DNA of 32,000 nucleotides from Alkalilimnicola ehrlichii MLHE-1 (GCF_000014785.1 NC_008340.1:1740001-1772000), one strand, 5' to 3'. Positions 1 through 9,636 are shown, counted from the first letter of the stretch. Numbers and translations: made by a program. The notes: generated by a model from the letters alone, not told the origin.

Positions 1-139
1 CGGGACGGTTCCGGCGGTTGAGCTGGTTCTGGTATCGCCGGCCGGACTAATGTGGATCGGTGCGCCGCGGCCGGGTCCCCGGTTGCCGCACTGCTGTGGC
101 ACACTCCAGTCTGCACTTGGGTAAGGGAACATCGCGATT

Positions 140-745
140 ATGGATTCATCGGCATTACCGGCAGTACGGATTGGCCTGGTGTCCGTCAGTGACCGGGCCT
201 CCAGCGGTGCCTACGAGGACAAGGGGATCCCTGCACTGCGGCATTGGCTGGAGCAGGCGCTACGCAATCCGGTCGAATGGGAGACTCGGCTCATCCCGGA
301 CGACCAGCAGACCATCAGCGACACGCTGACTGAGCTCGTCGACCAATCGTGCTGCAATCTGGTGCTGACCAGCGGTGGAACCGGACCGGCGCCCCGGGAC
401 GTCACGCCGGAGGCGACCCTGGCGGTCTCGGACCGCGAGATGCCGGGCTTCGGAGAGCAAATGCGCCAGATCAGTCTCACCTTCGTGCCCACCGCCATCC
501 TGTCACGGCAGGTGGCCGTCATTCGGGGCCAGGCCCTAATCATCAACCTGCCAGGGCAGCCCAAGGCCATCGCGGAAACCTTGAGCGGCCTGCCCGACCA
601 TACCCCGCCGGTGCACGGCATATTCGCGGCGGTGCCCTATTGTGTCGAGCTGATCGGTGGCCCCTACATCGAGACCGATCCCGCGGTCTGCAAGGCCTTT
701 CGGCCCAAGTCAGCGCGCCGGGACAAACCCGACGCGCGTCGCTGA
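140..745 (+). CDS. mogA: Molybdopterin adenylyltransferase (MogA/MoaB family)
   Basis: 201-aa ORF with the MogA/MoaB-type signatures VSVSDRASSGxYEDKGIPAL, NLVLTSGGTGPAPRDVTPEAT, TAILSRQVAVIRG and LIINLPGQPKAI, plus a PYCVELIGG C-terminus. Confidence 0.93.
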   Translation: MDSSALPAVRIGLVSVSDRASSGAYEDKGIPALRHWLEQALRNPVEWETRLIPDDQQTISDTLTELVDQSCCNLVLTSGGTGPAPRDVTPEATLAVSDREMPGFGEQMRQISLTFVPTAILSRQVAVIRGQALIINLPGQPKAIAETLSGLPDHTPPVHGIFAAVPYCVELIGGPYIETDPAVCKAFRPKSARRDKPDARR

Positions 746-869
746 AGGACGCCTCGGGGGAACCCGATCTGGCAATATCCAGTCCAACTAGGACAACCAC
801 CACGGCCAGTTTACAGAACCAGCCCCTCTCGAGAGGCTGGTGACCACGAGGCGATAAGCGAAGTGCTTT

Positions 870-1184
870 ATGGGACAGCGAACCATGCGAATTGAAATCC
901 CCGGCGACCTCACGTTCTCGGATCTGCACCTGACCCGGGAGTCGGACGGGTCGGTGAGTTTCGACTGGACCGTGATCGAGCAGATCTGCGAGGCCAACGA
1001 CATCGCCCCGGAGGAGTTTATGGACCCACCGGAGGAGAACCTGGCCAACTTACTCATGGGGTGGTACTACCGGCACCGTGCGCTTGGCGGTGAGAGCGAT
1101 CCGGTTGCCGAGAGCCTGGCGACGGAGGTGGCCATGGAGGAGTTGTCCGGGCGCACCATCAGCCATCCACCGGGTCACGCCTGA
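870..1184 (+). CDS. Small acidic hypothetical protein (possible start at the internal ATG at 885)
   Basis: 104-aa ORF with plausible composition, no recognised domain; lies between two conserved genes. Confidence 0.5.
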   Translation: MGQRTMRIEIPGDLTFSDLHLTRESDGSVSFDWTVIEQICEANDIAPEEFMDPPEENLANLLMGWYYRHRALGGESDPVAESLATEVAMEELSGRTISHPPGHA

Positions 1185-1237
1185 GCATGCGGGCCCATGC
1201 CGTCGCTGCCCCCGGGGGCAGCGACGGCCGCGGCGCT

Positions 1238-2125
1238 TCAAGTCACAGCGTGGGTCGGCTCGGCGAGGACGGAATCGAGGAACGCCAGTAGCTCGGGCAA
1301 TTCGGCATCGAGATGCCGGCTGAGGTCATGATCACCGGGTAGCAGGTGCAGCACAGCCGGGGTATCACCGCGGCTGGCAAGTAGCCGTTCGGCATCGCAC
1401 AGCGGAACCACCTGATCATCACGTCCGTGCACGAGCAGCACCGGGCAGCGGACTCGCGGCAGGGTGGTGACCGGGGCAATGGCATCAAAGCGGTGGCCGA
1501 TCACACGCTCCACATAGCGCAACACGTACCAGCCCACCGGGAAAAACGGCAGCCCCTTGTCCGCCAACCAGCGGCGCATCATGTCATCCGGACTGGCAAA
1601 GGCCGAAAGGCTGACTACCGCGGAGATGTCACTGCGCCGCGACGCGGCCAGCAACACGGCCGCAGCGCCCACAGAATGCCCCAGCAGTGCCACCGGCGCC
1701 TTGGCCATTCCGGGACGGGCCCGCACCCACGCCAGCGCCGCCTCGGTGTCCTCGGCGAACCGGGGCATGGAGGAGAAGGCATCGCCCTCGCTGTCCCCGT
1801 GGTTGCGCGCGTCGAACAACAGCACGTTCCAACCCGCCGCCTGTAACCGCTTGCCCAGCGGCAGCATCAGCTCGCGATTGGCCCCCCATCCGTGGGTGAT
1901 GACCACTGTGCCAGGCCCTTGGCCGGGCAGCCACCAACCCACCAGCGTTCTGGCCCTGTACGTGGGGATGCGCACCGTTTCGCCCACCACACCATGGTCG
2001 GCAAGCCCTTGCGTTGGCGGCACCCGTGGTGCCGTCAGGCTGACCTGCAGCCGCCGGTGAAAGAGCTGCAACAGCGCCCCTGCGCCAACCACGCCACCCG
2101 CCACCGCTAGCCACCATCCCGACAT
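1238..2125 (-). CDS. Alpha/beta hydrolase with N-terminal hydrophobic segment
   Basis: GHSVGAAAVLLAA nucleophile elbow (GxSxG), VVITHGWGANR oxyanion region, LLVHGRDDQVVP and GDHDLSRH (catalytic Asp/His context). Confidence 0.9.
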   Translation of the reverse strand: MSGWWLAVAGGVVGAGALLQLFHRRLQVSLTAPRVPPTQGLADHGVVGETVRIPTYRARTLVGWWLPGQGPGTVVITHGWGANRELMLPLGKRLQAAGWNVLLFDARNHGDSEGDAFSSMPRFAEDTEAALAWVRARPGMAKAPVALLGHSVGAAAVLLAASRRSDISAVVSLSAFASPDDMMRRWLADKGLPFFPVGWYVLRYVERVIGHRFDAIAPVTTLPRVRCPVLLVHGRDDQVVPLCDAERLLASRGDTPAVLHLLPGDHDLSRHLDAELPELLAFLDSVLAEPTHAVT

Positions 2126-2182
2126 GTTGCTCCCAAGGCCTGTTGGCCGTTTACCGATCTGGGCCGGGTCGTGTCCGGCAAC

Positions 2183-2216
2183 GAAAAAAGCCGCCCCCGG
2201 TCTCCCGTAGGCGGCT
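2183..2216 (-). terminator. Rho-independent terminator downstream of the tRNA-Val 3' fragment
   Basis: On the minus strand AGCCGCC...GGCGGCT forms a 7-bp stem followed by TTTTTT; it lies directly after the tRNA 3' end. Confidence 0.75.
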
Positions 2217-2233
2217 GTTTTCGTTCGGTTTTA

Positions 2234-2278
2234 TGGTGGGCGGTGCTGGGATTGAACCAGCGACCCCTGCCGTGTGAA
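2234..2278 (-). other. 3' half of a tRNA-Val(CAC) gene; probable attachment-site (att) remnant
   Basis: The minus strand reads TTCACACGGCAGGGGTCGCTGGTTCAATCCCAGCACCGCCCACCA: anticodon loop TTCACAC, 3' anticodon stem GGCAG, T-arm GCTGG-TTCAATC-CCAGC, acceptor 3' strand ACCGCCC, A and CCA. The sequence 5' of the loop (GATGCG) cannot pair with GGCAG and no D-arm or 5' acceptor is present. Confidence 0.85.
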
Positions 2279-2456
2279 CGCATCATGATTGCATGCACTA
2301 CTTTGCATTGCTCTGCAAAAACAACCGCTTCCCCGTGTGACCGCTGAAAGGCAGGGCACGTTCGTGCACGTTCATGTTACCATCATGGTCACATATTGGT
2401 CACACGAACGACTACCGCCATGCCCGCCTGTCAATGGCCATTTATTCTGACCCCCC

Positions 2457-4060
2457 TGGGCATGCGGCGGTTTTCTTGGACTGTTTTTGGGAACTCCTCA
2501 TGCTCATGCGGCCAGTCCTAAGCGCTCTCGATACTCGAGCGGGCTCTGGCCTCCCAAGGACAGCTTAACCCTGTTTCGGTTGTGCCACCGGATATACTCG
2601 TCGAGCTCTTCGAAGAATTGCTCAAGTGTTATCCCGTGCCAGTCGCGTGGGTAGAAGAACTCGGTCTTGAGTCGCCCGAAGAAGCCCTCACAGGCGGCAT
2701 TGTCCGGCGAACAGCCTTTGCGCGACATCGACCGGATAAGGCCGACATCTTGGATGCGGGCAAGCCATCCGGGCCAGCGGTAATGAGCTCCTCTATCGCT
2801 GTGGATAATAGGTGTCTCGCCGTCCTCCAGCGTTGCTATGGCGTCATCAAGCATCGTGTTTACCAGGGTGGCATCGGGGCTTGTGCTTATAGTCCAGCTC
2901 ACCGCCAACCCATCGAAGCAGTCGATCACTGGAGAGAGGTAAACCTTGCCTGCAGGGATTTGGAACTCCGTGATATCCGTCAGCCACTTGCGGTTGGGCG
3001 CAGGGGCGCTGAAATCCCGATTGACCAGATTCTCGGGGGCCGGAGTGATTTCTCCGCGGTACGACCTGTACCGTCGACACTTGCGCCTTTGGACGATGAG
3101 CTGTTCCTCAGCCATAAGGCGCCGGACTACCTTCTCAGAGATCACGATGCCAAGTCGGTTGAGAGCAACCCGTATGCGCCGGTAACCGTAGCAGCGGTGG
3201 TTGGTCTCGAAGAGTTGGGTCGCGCTCACGCGAACGGTTGCATACTTGTCAGGTAGCTGGATCCTTGCCCGATGGTAGAAATAGGAACTGCGCGGCAGGC
3301 ACAGTTGCGACAAGATTTCCGAGAGCCGATAAGTCTGTCTCAGGGCGTCAACCAGCAGGGTCTTCTCCCTGTTCGTCAGGAGCCGGAGGTCGACGCCAAG
3401 ATCCTTTTTTATCAGGTCGTTCGCCTTCGCCAGAAGATCGTGCTCGAGCTGGAGTCGATGGACGCGCCTTTGCAGCTCTTTAACTTCCTGCTCCAGCGGC
3501 AACACCTCATCATCGCGTCGTTTCATCCGTGGATTGGCCTCATCACCAAGCAACTGGTCTGTCCACTTGTACAGAACCTGCCTGCTAACGCCCAGGTTTT
3601 TGGCAACCTTCGTGGCGGGATCTTGGCGGGAACACAGTTCAATGACCGCCTCACGTTTCGCCTCAGGTGAGAGCGGTGGACCTTTTGAGCTGCCGGCTGA
3701 GACCTGCCGCCGCCCGGGGTTCTGCTCCATGACCCACTCACGTAGAACGCCCACGCTTGGATAACCCAGGGCCTTTCGGGTCCTTGCGAGACAGCAACCA
3801 TGGCCCAGGTAGTGCTGCACAGCCTTTTGCTTCTGTTCCGGCGAGTACTTCGGCTTAGGAGCACTGCGCTCCGGCAGGTCCCCGGTTCTCATGTAGGCTT
3901 CATGCCAACGGCGCAGGTTTTTCTTCGAGGGGTAGCCGAGCTCTCGGACGGTGGCGGCGGCACTCCTGTGGTACTGGATGTAGAGCTTCACGGCTCTCAT
4001 CCGGTCTTCATACGAATACATGAACCACCTCCGATGTAGTCCAAGATTTCGTCCGCACCA
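2457..4060 (-). mobile_element. IS3-type insertion sequence, left copy (inverted relative to the right copy)
   Basis: 1604-bp segment matching 6464-8067 in reverse complement. It is bounded by TGGGCATGCGGCGGTTTTCTTGGACT and its other end TGGTGCGGACGAAATCTTGGACT, which share TCTTGGACT. Confidence 0.85.
2504..4021 (-). CDS. IS3-family-type DDE transposase (505 aa, single frame)
   Basis: N-terminal HTH, coiled-coil EVKELQRRVHRLQLEHDLLAKANDLIKKDLGVD, HTH_21-like CYGYRRIRVALNRLG and rve core WLTDITEF...DCFDGLAVSW...HSDRGAHY...GRLKTEFFY. Identical to the ORF at 6503-8020. Confidence 0.93.
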   Translation of the reverse strand: MYSYEDRMRAVKLYIQYHRSAAATVRELGYPSKKNLRRWHEAYMRTGDLPERSAPKPKYSPEQKQKAVQHYLGHGCCLARTRKALGYPSVGVLREWVMEQNPGRRQVSAGSSKGPPLSPEAKREAVIELCSRQDPATKVAKNLGVSRQVLYKWTDQLLGDEANPRMKRRDDEVLPLEQEVKELQRRVHRLQLEHDLLAKANDLIKKDLGVDLRLLTNREKTLLVDALRQTYRLSEILSQLCLPRSSYFYHRARIQLPDKYATVRVSATQLFETNHRCYGYRRIRVALNRLGIVISEKVVRRLMAEEQLIVQRRKCRRYRSYRGEITPAPENLVNRDFSAPAPNRKWLTDITEFQIPAGKVYLSPVIDCFDGLAVSWTISTSPDATLVNTMLDDAIATLEDGETPIIHSDRGAHYRWPGWLARIQDVGLIRSMSRKGCSPDNAACEGFFGRLKTEFFYPRDWHGITLEQFFEELDEYIRWHNRNRVKLSLGGQSPLEYRERLGLAA

Positions 4061-4127
4061 CCCCACTGGCCATCAGAACTGACCCACCCTTGGGGTGGCC
4101 ACTGGCCACGAGTAGACCGTACCGTCC

Positions 4128-5699
4128 ATGGCCACACGGGCTGGCGAGGACGGGGTATTGAAGGAGTGGGTCGTGATACACAAGATCAAGGCACTGTACG
4201 ACGAAGGCCGTGGGCTCTCAGTTCGGGCCATCAGCCGGGAGCTGGGCATCTCGCGCAACACGGTGCGCAAGTACCTGCGGGCGGACACCGAAGCGGTCGC
4301 AGCGGAGCGGGCCGATGGGCGCCGGGGCCGGCTGCTGGATGAGCACCGGGCTTACATGGAGTATTTGCTGCGCCGCTACCCGCAGCTCAGCGCCGTGAAG
4401 GTGGCGCGCAAGCTCCGGGACAAGGTCGGTGACCTGGCGGTCTCGGACCGCAGCCTGCGCCGGTATCTGCAGGAGCTGCGCGCCAGCGTCCAAGTGGCCC
4501 AGCCGCGCTACTACGAGCCGGTGCTGGACGTGGTGCCGGGCGTACAGTGCCAGGTGGACCCCGGTGAGTTGCGGGGCGTGGCCATCAGCGGCGTGGAGCG
4601 CACGGTCTACTTCGTGGTCTTCGTGCTCTCGTTCTCGCGGCTGATGCACGTTGCGGTGGCCTTCCGGCCCATCGACACGGCGCTGTTCATCCGCATGCAT
4701 GATGAGGCGCTGCGGGCCTTTGGCGGTACCCCGGAGGAGTGCGTCTACGACCAGACGAAGATGGTGGTCATCGCCGAGCAGTTCCGGGAGCTGACGGTCA
4801 ACGAGCGCTTCCATGAGTACGCCACCGGTGCGGGCTTTCGCATCCATGCCTGCCGGGGGTACGACCCGGAGAGCAAGGGCAAGGTGGAGGCCGGGGTGAA
4901 GTACGTTAAGCGCGATTGCCTGTACGGGGAGCGCTTTGCCGACGAGGCAGACGTCCGCGCCCACGTCCAGCAGTGGCTCGACCAAGTGGCCAATGTCCGC
5001 CGCCACGGCACCACCGGGCGTGAGCCCCGGGGGCACTTTGAGGCTGAAGAGCGGGCGCACCTACGGGCCTACCTCACCCCCTCGTGCTTGACCCAGGCGG
5101 CTGCGGCGCGCCAGACCCGCAAGGTGGACAAGACCGGGCTGATCGCCTGGCACTCGAACAAGTATTCGGTACCCATGCGCTACCAGCGTGGCCGGGTGGG
5201 CGTGCAGGCCGACGAGACCCAGCTTCACATCCTCGACCTGGAAAGCGGTGAGATCGTGGCCACCCATACACTGGCCACGGGCAAGGGCCAGACGGTGCGT
5301 AACACCGACCACTACCGGGATCGCCGACAGCAGATCGAGACCCTGGAGGCCGCCATTGGCGAACGCGTGGGCGAGCAGACCGGAGCCCGGCTGTGTGCCC
5401 GGTTGCGGGCCAGCAACCCGCGGATCTATCGCGACCAGGTGGCCGCCGTACACGCCCTGCTGGAGAGCGGGCCGCCCCCGGCACCCGGACTGGTCGAGGA
5501 CCTGGCCGGGCGCGAAGGGATGACCGCCACCCGCTTCAAGGCCCAACTGCAGGCGGCACACCGGGCCCAGGAGCGGGGCCGGGACCTCGAAGCGGATGCC
5601 GACGAGCCCGCCGTGGACGCGCAGGCACTGGCCCTGTCGGCCTACGCCCATCTTGGCCAGTCGGCCGGCCAGGAGGAGCTGACCCATGAGCCTGCTTGA
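4128..5699 (+). CDS. istA: IS21-family transposase IstA
   Basis: HTH LSVRAISRELGISRNTVRKYL, rve-type core VQCQVDPGE...YFVVFVLSFSRLMHVAVA..., C-terminal region typical of IstA; overlaps istB by 14 nt. Confidence 0.93.
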   Translation: MATRAGEDGVLKEWVVIHKIKALYDEGRGLSVRAISRELGISRNTVRKYLRADTEAVAAERADGRRGRLLDEHRAYMEYLLRRYPQLSAVKVARKLRDKVGDLAVSDRSLRRYLQELRASVQVAQPRYYEPVLDVVPGVQCQVDPGELRGVAISGVERTVYFVVFVLSFSRLMHVAVAFRPIDTALFIRMHDEALRAFGGTPEECVYDQTKMVVIAEQFRELTVNERFHEYATGAGFRIHACRGYDPESKGKVEAGVKYVKRDCLYGERFADEADVRAHVQQWLDQVANVRRHGTTGREPRGHFEAEERAHLRAYLTPSCLTQAAAARQTRKVDKTGLIAWHSNKYSVPMRYQRGRVGVQADETQLHILDLESGEIVATHTLATGKGQTVRNTDHYRDRRQQIETLEAAIGERVGEQTGARLCARLRASNPRIYRDQVAAVHALLESGPPPAPGLVEDLAGREGMTATRFKAQLQAAHRAQERGRDLEADADEPAVDAQALALSAYAHLGQSAGQEELTHEPA

Positions 5700-6426
5700 A
5701 CGGACCGCAACCCGTTACCGGGGCCTGCGCTGCAGTGCCATTGCCGCCGAGCTGCCGGATCTGCTGGCCCGGGCCGAGGACAACGCCATGTCTTATCTGG
5801 CCTTCGCTGACCTGCTCGCTGAGCAAGAGCAGCACAGCCGTGACCACAAGCGCCTGGCCGGGAACCGGAAACGGGCCAAGCTACCCGCGGACAAGCGTCT
5901 GGAGGCGTTCGACTACCGCCACCAGACCACCATCACCAAGCGCCAGGTCAACGCCCTGCTGGACTTCGGGTTCATCGACAACCGGGAGAACCTGGTCTTC
6001 ATCGGCCCGCCGGGCGTGGGTAAGACCCACCTGGCCATCGGCATCGCCAACAAGGCCCTGGATGCCGGTTACAAGGTGCTCTTTCGCAGCGCCCTGGAAC
6101 TGGTCGAGGAGCTGGAGATCGCCGAGATGAAGGGCGAGCTGAAGAAAAAACTCGCTCAACTGACCCGGTTCGACCTGCTGGTGATCGACGAGCTCGGCTA
6201 CCTGCCGATGAGCCGCCAGGCCCGGTACAACCTGTTCCAGTTGGTCCACAGCTTCTACGAGTACCGGTCACTGATCCTGACCACCAACAAGGACTTCACC
6301 GATTGGGGCGAGTTCTTCCACAACGACAACGTCGCCGTACCGATCATCGACCGGGTGATCCATCACTCGAACATCTTCATCCTCGGCGGGGAGAGCTACC
6401 GGCTCAAGCAAAAGACCACCGGTTGA
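5686..6426 (+). CDS. istB: IS21-family helper ATPase IstB
   Basis: Walker A FIGPPGVGKTHLAIGIA, Walker B LLVIDELGYLPMSRQA, SLILTTNKDFTDWGEFF. Confidence 0.95.
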   Translation: MSLLERTATRYRGLRCSAIAAELPDLLARAEDNAMSYLAFADLLAEQEQHSRDHKRLAGNRKRAKLPADKRLEAFDYRHQTTITKRQVNALLDFGFIDNRENLVFIGPPGVGKTHLAIGIANKALDAGYKVLFRSALELVEELEIAEMKGELKKKLAQLTRFDLLVIDELGYLPMSRQARYNLFQLVHSFYEYRSLILTTNKDFTDWGEFFHNDNVAVPIIDRVIHHSNIFILGGESYRLKQKTTG

Positions 6427-6463
6427 GCACCGACACCTGGGTCAATTCTGTTGGCCACAGGGG

Positions 6464-8067
6464 TGGTGCGGACGAAATCTTGGACTACATCGGAGGTGGT
6501 TCATGTATTCGTATGAAGACCGGATGAGAGCCGTGAAGCTCTACATCCAGTACCACAGGAGTGCCGCCGCCACCGTCCGAGAGCTCGGCTACCCCTCGAA
6601 GAAAAACCTGCGCCGTTGGCATGAAGCCTACATGAGAACCGGGGACCTGCCGGAGCGCAGTGCTCCTAAGCCGAAGTACTCGCCGGAACAGAAGCAAAAG
6701 GCTGTGCAGCACTACCTGGGCCATGGTTGCTGTCTCGCAAGGACCCGAAAGGCCCTGGGTTATCCAAGCGTGGGCGTTCTACGTGAGTGGGTCATGGAGC
6801 AGAACCCCGGGCGGCGGCAGGTCTCAGCCGGCAGCTCAAAAGGTCCACCGCTCTCACCTGAGGCGAAACGTGAGGCGGTCATTGAACTGTGTTCCCGCCA
6901 AGATCCCGCCACGAAGGTTGCCAAAAACCTGGGCGTTAGCAGGCAGGTTCTGTACAAGTGGACAGACCAGTTGCTTGGTGATGAGGCCAATCCACGGATG
7001 AAACGACGCGATGATGAGGTGTTGCCGCTGGAGCAGGAAGTTAAAGAGCTGCAAAGGCGCGTCCATCGACTCCAGCTCGAGCACGATCTTCTGGCGAAGG
7101 CGAACGACCTGATAAAAAAGGATCTTGGCGTCGACCTCCGGCTCCTGACGAACAGGGAGAAGACCCTGCTGGTTGACGCCCTGAGACAGACTTATCGGCT
7201 CTCGGAAATCTTGTCGCAACTGTGCCTGCCGCGCAGTTCCTATTTCTACCATCGGGCAAGGATCCAGCTACCTGACAAGTATGCAACCGTTCGCGTGAGC
7301 GCGACCCAACTCTTCGAGACCAACCACCGCTGCTACGGTTACCGGCGCATACGGGTTGCTCTCAACCGACTTGGCATCGTGATCTCTGAGAAGGTAGTCC
7401 GGCGCCTTATGGCTGAGGAACAGCTCATCGTCCAAAGGCGCAAGTGTCGACGGTACAGGTCGTACCGCGGAGAAATCACTCCGGCCCCCGAGAATCTGGT
7501 CAATCGGGATTTCAGCGCCCCTGCGCCCAACCGCAAGTGGCTGACGGATATCACGGAGTTCCAAATCCCTGCAGGCAAGGTTTACCTCTCTCCAGTGATC
7601 GACTGCTTCGATGGGTTGGCGGTGAGCTGGACTATAAGCACAAGCCCCGATGCCACCCTGGTAAACACGATGCTTGATGACGCCATAGCAACGCTGGAGG
7701 ACGGCGAGACACCTATTATCCACAGCGATAGAGGAGCTCATTACCGCTGGCCCGGATGGCTTGCCCGCATCCAAGATGTCGGCCTTATCCGGTCGATGTC
7801 GCGCAAAGGCTGTTCGCCGGACAATGCCGCCTGTGAGGGCTTCTTCGGGCGACTCAAGACCGAGTTCTTCTACCCACGCGACTGGCACGGGATAACACTT
7901 GAGCAATTCTTCGAAGAGCTCGACGAGTATATCCGGTGGCACAACCGAAACAGGGTTAAGCTGTCCTTGGGAGGCCAGAGCCCGCTCGAGTATCGAGAGC
8001 GCTTAGGACTGGCCGCATGAGCATGAGGAGTTCCCAAAAACAGTCCAAGAAAACCGCCGCATGCCCA
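6464..8067 (+). mobile_element. IS3-type insertion sequence, right copy
   Basis: Reverse-complement match of 2457-4060, same length and same ends; outer end CAGTCCAAGAAAACCGCCGCATGCCCA. Confidence 0.85.
6503..8020 (+). CDS. IS3-family-type DDE transposase (505 aa)
   Basis: Identical translation to 2504-4021. Confidence 0.93.
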   Translation: MYSYEDRMRAVKLYIQYHRSAAATVRELGYPSKKNLRRWHEAYMRTGDLPERSAPKPKYSPEQKQKAVQHYLGHGCCLARTRKALGYPSVGVLREWVMEQNPGRRQVSAGSSKGPPLSPEAKREAVIELCSRQDPATKVAKNLGVSRQVLYKWTDQLLGDEANPRMKRRDDEVLPLEQEVKELQRRVHRLQLEHDLLAKANDLIKKDLGVDLRLLTNREKTLLVDALRQTYRLSEILSQLCLPRSSYFYHRARIQLPDKYATVRVSATQLFETNHRCYGYRRIRVALNRLGIVISEKVVRRLMAEEQLIVQRRKCRRYRSYRGEITPAPENLVNRDFSAPAPNRKWLTDITEFQIPAGKVYLSPVIDCFDGLAVSWTISTSPDATLVNTMLDDAIATLEDGETPIIHSDRGAHYRWPGWLARIQDVGLIRSMSRKGCSPDNAACEGFFGRLKTEFFYPRDWHGITLEQFFEELDEYIRWHNRNRVKLSLGGQSPLEYRERLGLAA

Positions 8068-8975
8068 AAGCAGATGTTATTGCCTGGCAGGCCAAACGCG
8101 AGCTTGAGGGCCGCAAGTACCCGACACTCCAACGAGCTTACGGCGCGCTGAAAACCCTGCTAAACCGGGCCGCAACGCATGACGATGTGCTGGATGCCAA
8201 CCCGTTACGCGACGTCAGCCTGGAGGCGCCACATTGCGACGAGGTGGACAGACAACTGGAGGCTGAGCAGGCTGTACGGCGTCTGCTCACGACCGAGGAA
8301 GTAAAAGGACTTCACGACGGTCTGAAAGCCTTTGAGGAAAATAAGCGCCGCGAGCGCCGTAACAGCCGAGCACATGGCAAAGCCTACCTGCCCGACGCAG
8401 ACGCAATGGCCTACCCTCATTGGTTCATACCCTTTTGCTGCATCGCATTCTATACCGGCCTGCGGCCCGGCGACATCCTCGCCCTGACATGGACGAACCT
8501 GGACCCGAGGCTTGGCAGGCTTAACCTAGTTCCACAGAAAACGCGACACCATAGGAATCCGGCCCGTGTAACCATGGACTTAGTGCCCGAACTCGTTGAG
8601 ATTGTACGGGCTTGGTGGCTACAGCAAGGCAAGCCGACCACCGGATTGGTATTCCCCTCCCCCGATACCAACAGAAGGATGGACAAGCAGGCACACTTGA
8701 GATCATGGCGGCATGTTAAACGCCTGGGAGGGCTACCCGAGGACCTCGACTTTTATACGCTCCGCCACCATTTTATCAGCACCTTGGTGGCTGCCGGGGT
8801 GCCTTTGCGAACCGTTGCACAACTGGCCGGCCACAAATCCACCGAAATGATCGAACGCCACTACGGGCACCTCTGCCCCGACGCGGCGAGCAGCGCGATT
8901 GATGCGTTCAGAAAGTCACTCCCGCCTTCGCTGTCAGAACCGCCTGGCACTGTCCACTCAGGGGTGCGGAAATAA
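8061..8975 (+). pseudogene. Tyrosine recombinase/integrase, 5'-truncated by the IS3-type element
   Basis: Catalytic domain visible: AFYTGLRPGDILALTW (Arg box I), LDFYTLRHHFISTLVAAGVPLRTVAQLAGHKS (HxLRH-like/Arg II), EMIERHYGHL (Tyr). The N-terminal arm-binding region is missing and the predicted ATG (8061) lies inside the IS terminal sequence ...GCATGCCCA. Confidence 0.85.
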
Positions 8976-9099
8976 TTGCCATCAACAGGTGATTACGAAT
9001 CAGTAGCCTTAGGGATCCAAGTGATTGATCGCAACAGCACTAAATCCACAGCCCTATCAGTCAACGTAGTTGTCGCCTCAACGCAACCAGCAGGTGACA

Positions 9100-9550
9100 A
9101 CCATGAAGCACTACTCCGCGGAGCGTAAGGAAGCTGTCCTGCGCAAGCTGGCACCACCGATGAACCTCACTGTCCCTGAGGTGGCCGAGGCCGAGGGGAT
9201 TTCCGCGGCGACCTTGTACAATTGGCGTAAACAGGCCCGCGAGCGAGGACAGGTTTTGCCATCACGAGGATCCACCCCGGAGGGCTGGAGCAGCGAGGAG
9301 AAATTCCGCGTCGTGCTCGAGACCGCGCCGATGACCGAGGCGGAGTTCAGCGCCTATTGCCGTGAGAAGGGGCTCTATCCCGAGCAGGTCGAGGCCTGGC
9401 GGGAGAGCTGCATGAATGCCAACGCTAACTCGGCCGAGCTGGACAAGCGTTCGCGCCAGGAGCGCAAGGCCGAGCTCAAGCGCGTGAAGAAACTCGAGCG
9501 CGAGCTCCGGCGCAAGGACAAGGCCTTGGCGGAGACGGCGGCGCTGCTAA
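9100..9550 (+). pseudogene. Transposase OrfA-like gene, 3'-truncated at the IS66 end
   Basis: MKHYSAERKEAVLRKLAPPMNLTVPEVAEAEGISAATLYNWRKQARERG HTH plus Lys/Arg coiled coil KRVKKLERELRRKDKALAETAALL, which stops exactly where GTAGGCGATCC (IS66 end) begins. Confidence 0.82.
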
Positions 9551-9636
9551 GTAGGCGATCCACAAACCCCATCTGTTGCGCCCGGAGCTGATTCGGGAAA
9601 CTGCTCCCATCGAATCCAGATGAGGAGGTCAGTTCC

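Larger units (their letters stand above)
4061..6463 (+). mobile_element. IS21-family-type element carrying istA/istB, located between the two IS3-type copies
   Basis: Imperfect terminal inverted repeats: left TGGCCATCAGAACTGACCCA, right (reverse complement) TGGCCAACAGAATTGACCCA; encloses istA and istB only. Outer boundaries uncertain by a few bases. Confidence 0.85.

Noticed and set aside
2234-2345. Intact tRNA gene at the left boundary
   Set aside because: Only the anticodon loop through CCA is present; the anticodon stem 5' strand, D-arm and 5' acceptor are missing in the adjacent sequence.
2457-8067. Functional composite transposon with IS21 genes as cargo
   Set aside because: The outer flanks of the two IS3-type copies do not share a target duplication, so clean composite transposition into this site is not supported.
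9070-9591. 173-aa ORF as an intact transposase gene
   Set aside because: The last codons (SRRSTNPICCARS) are read from the IS66 terminal sequence; the gene is truncated at about 9550.
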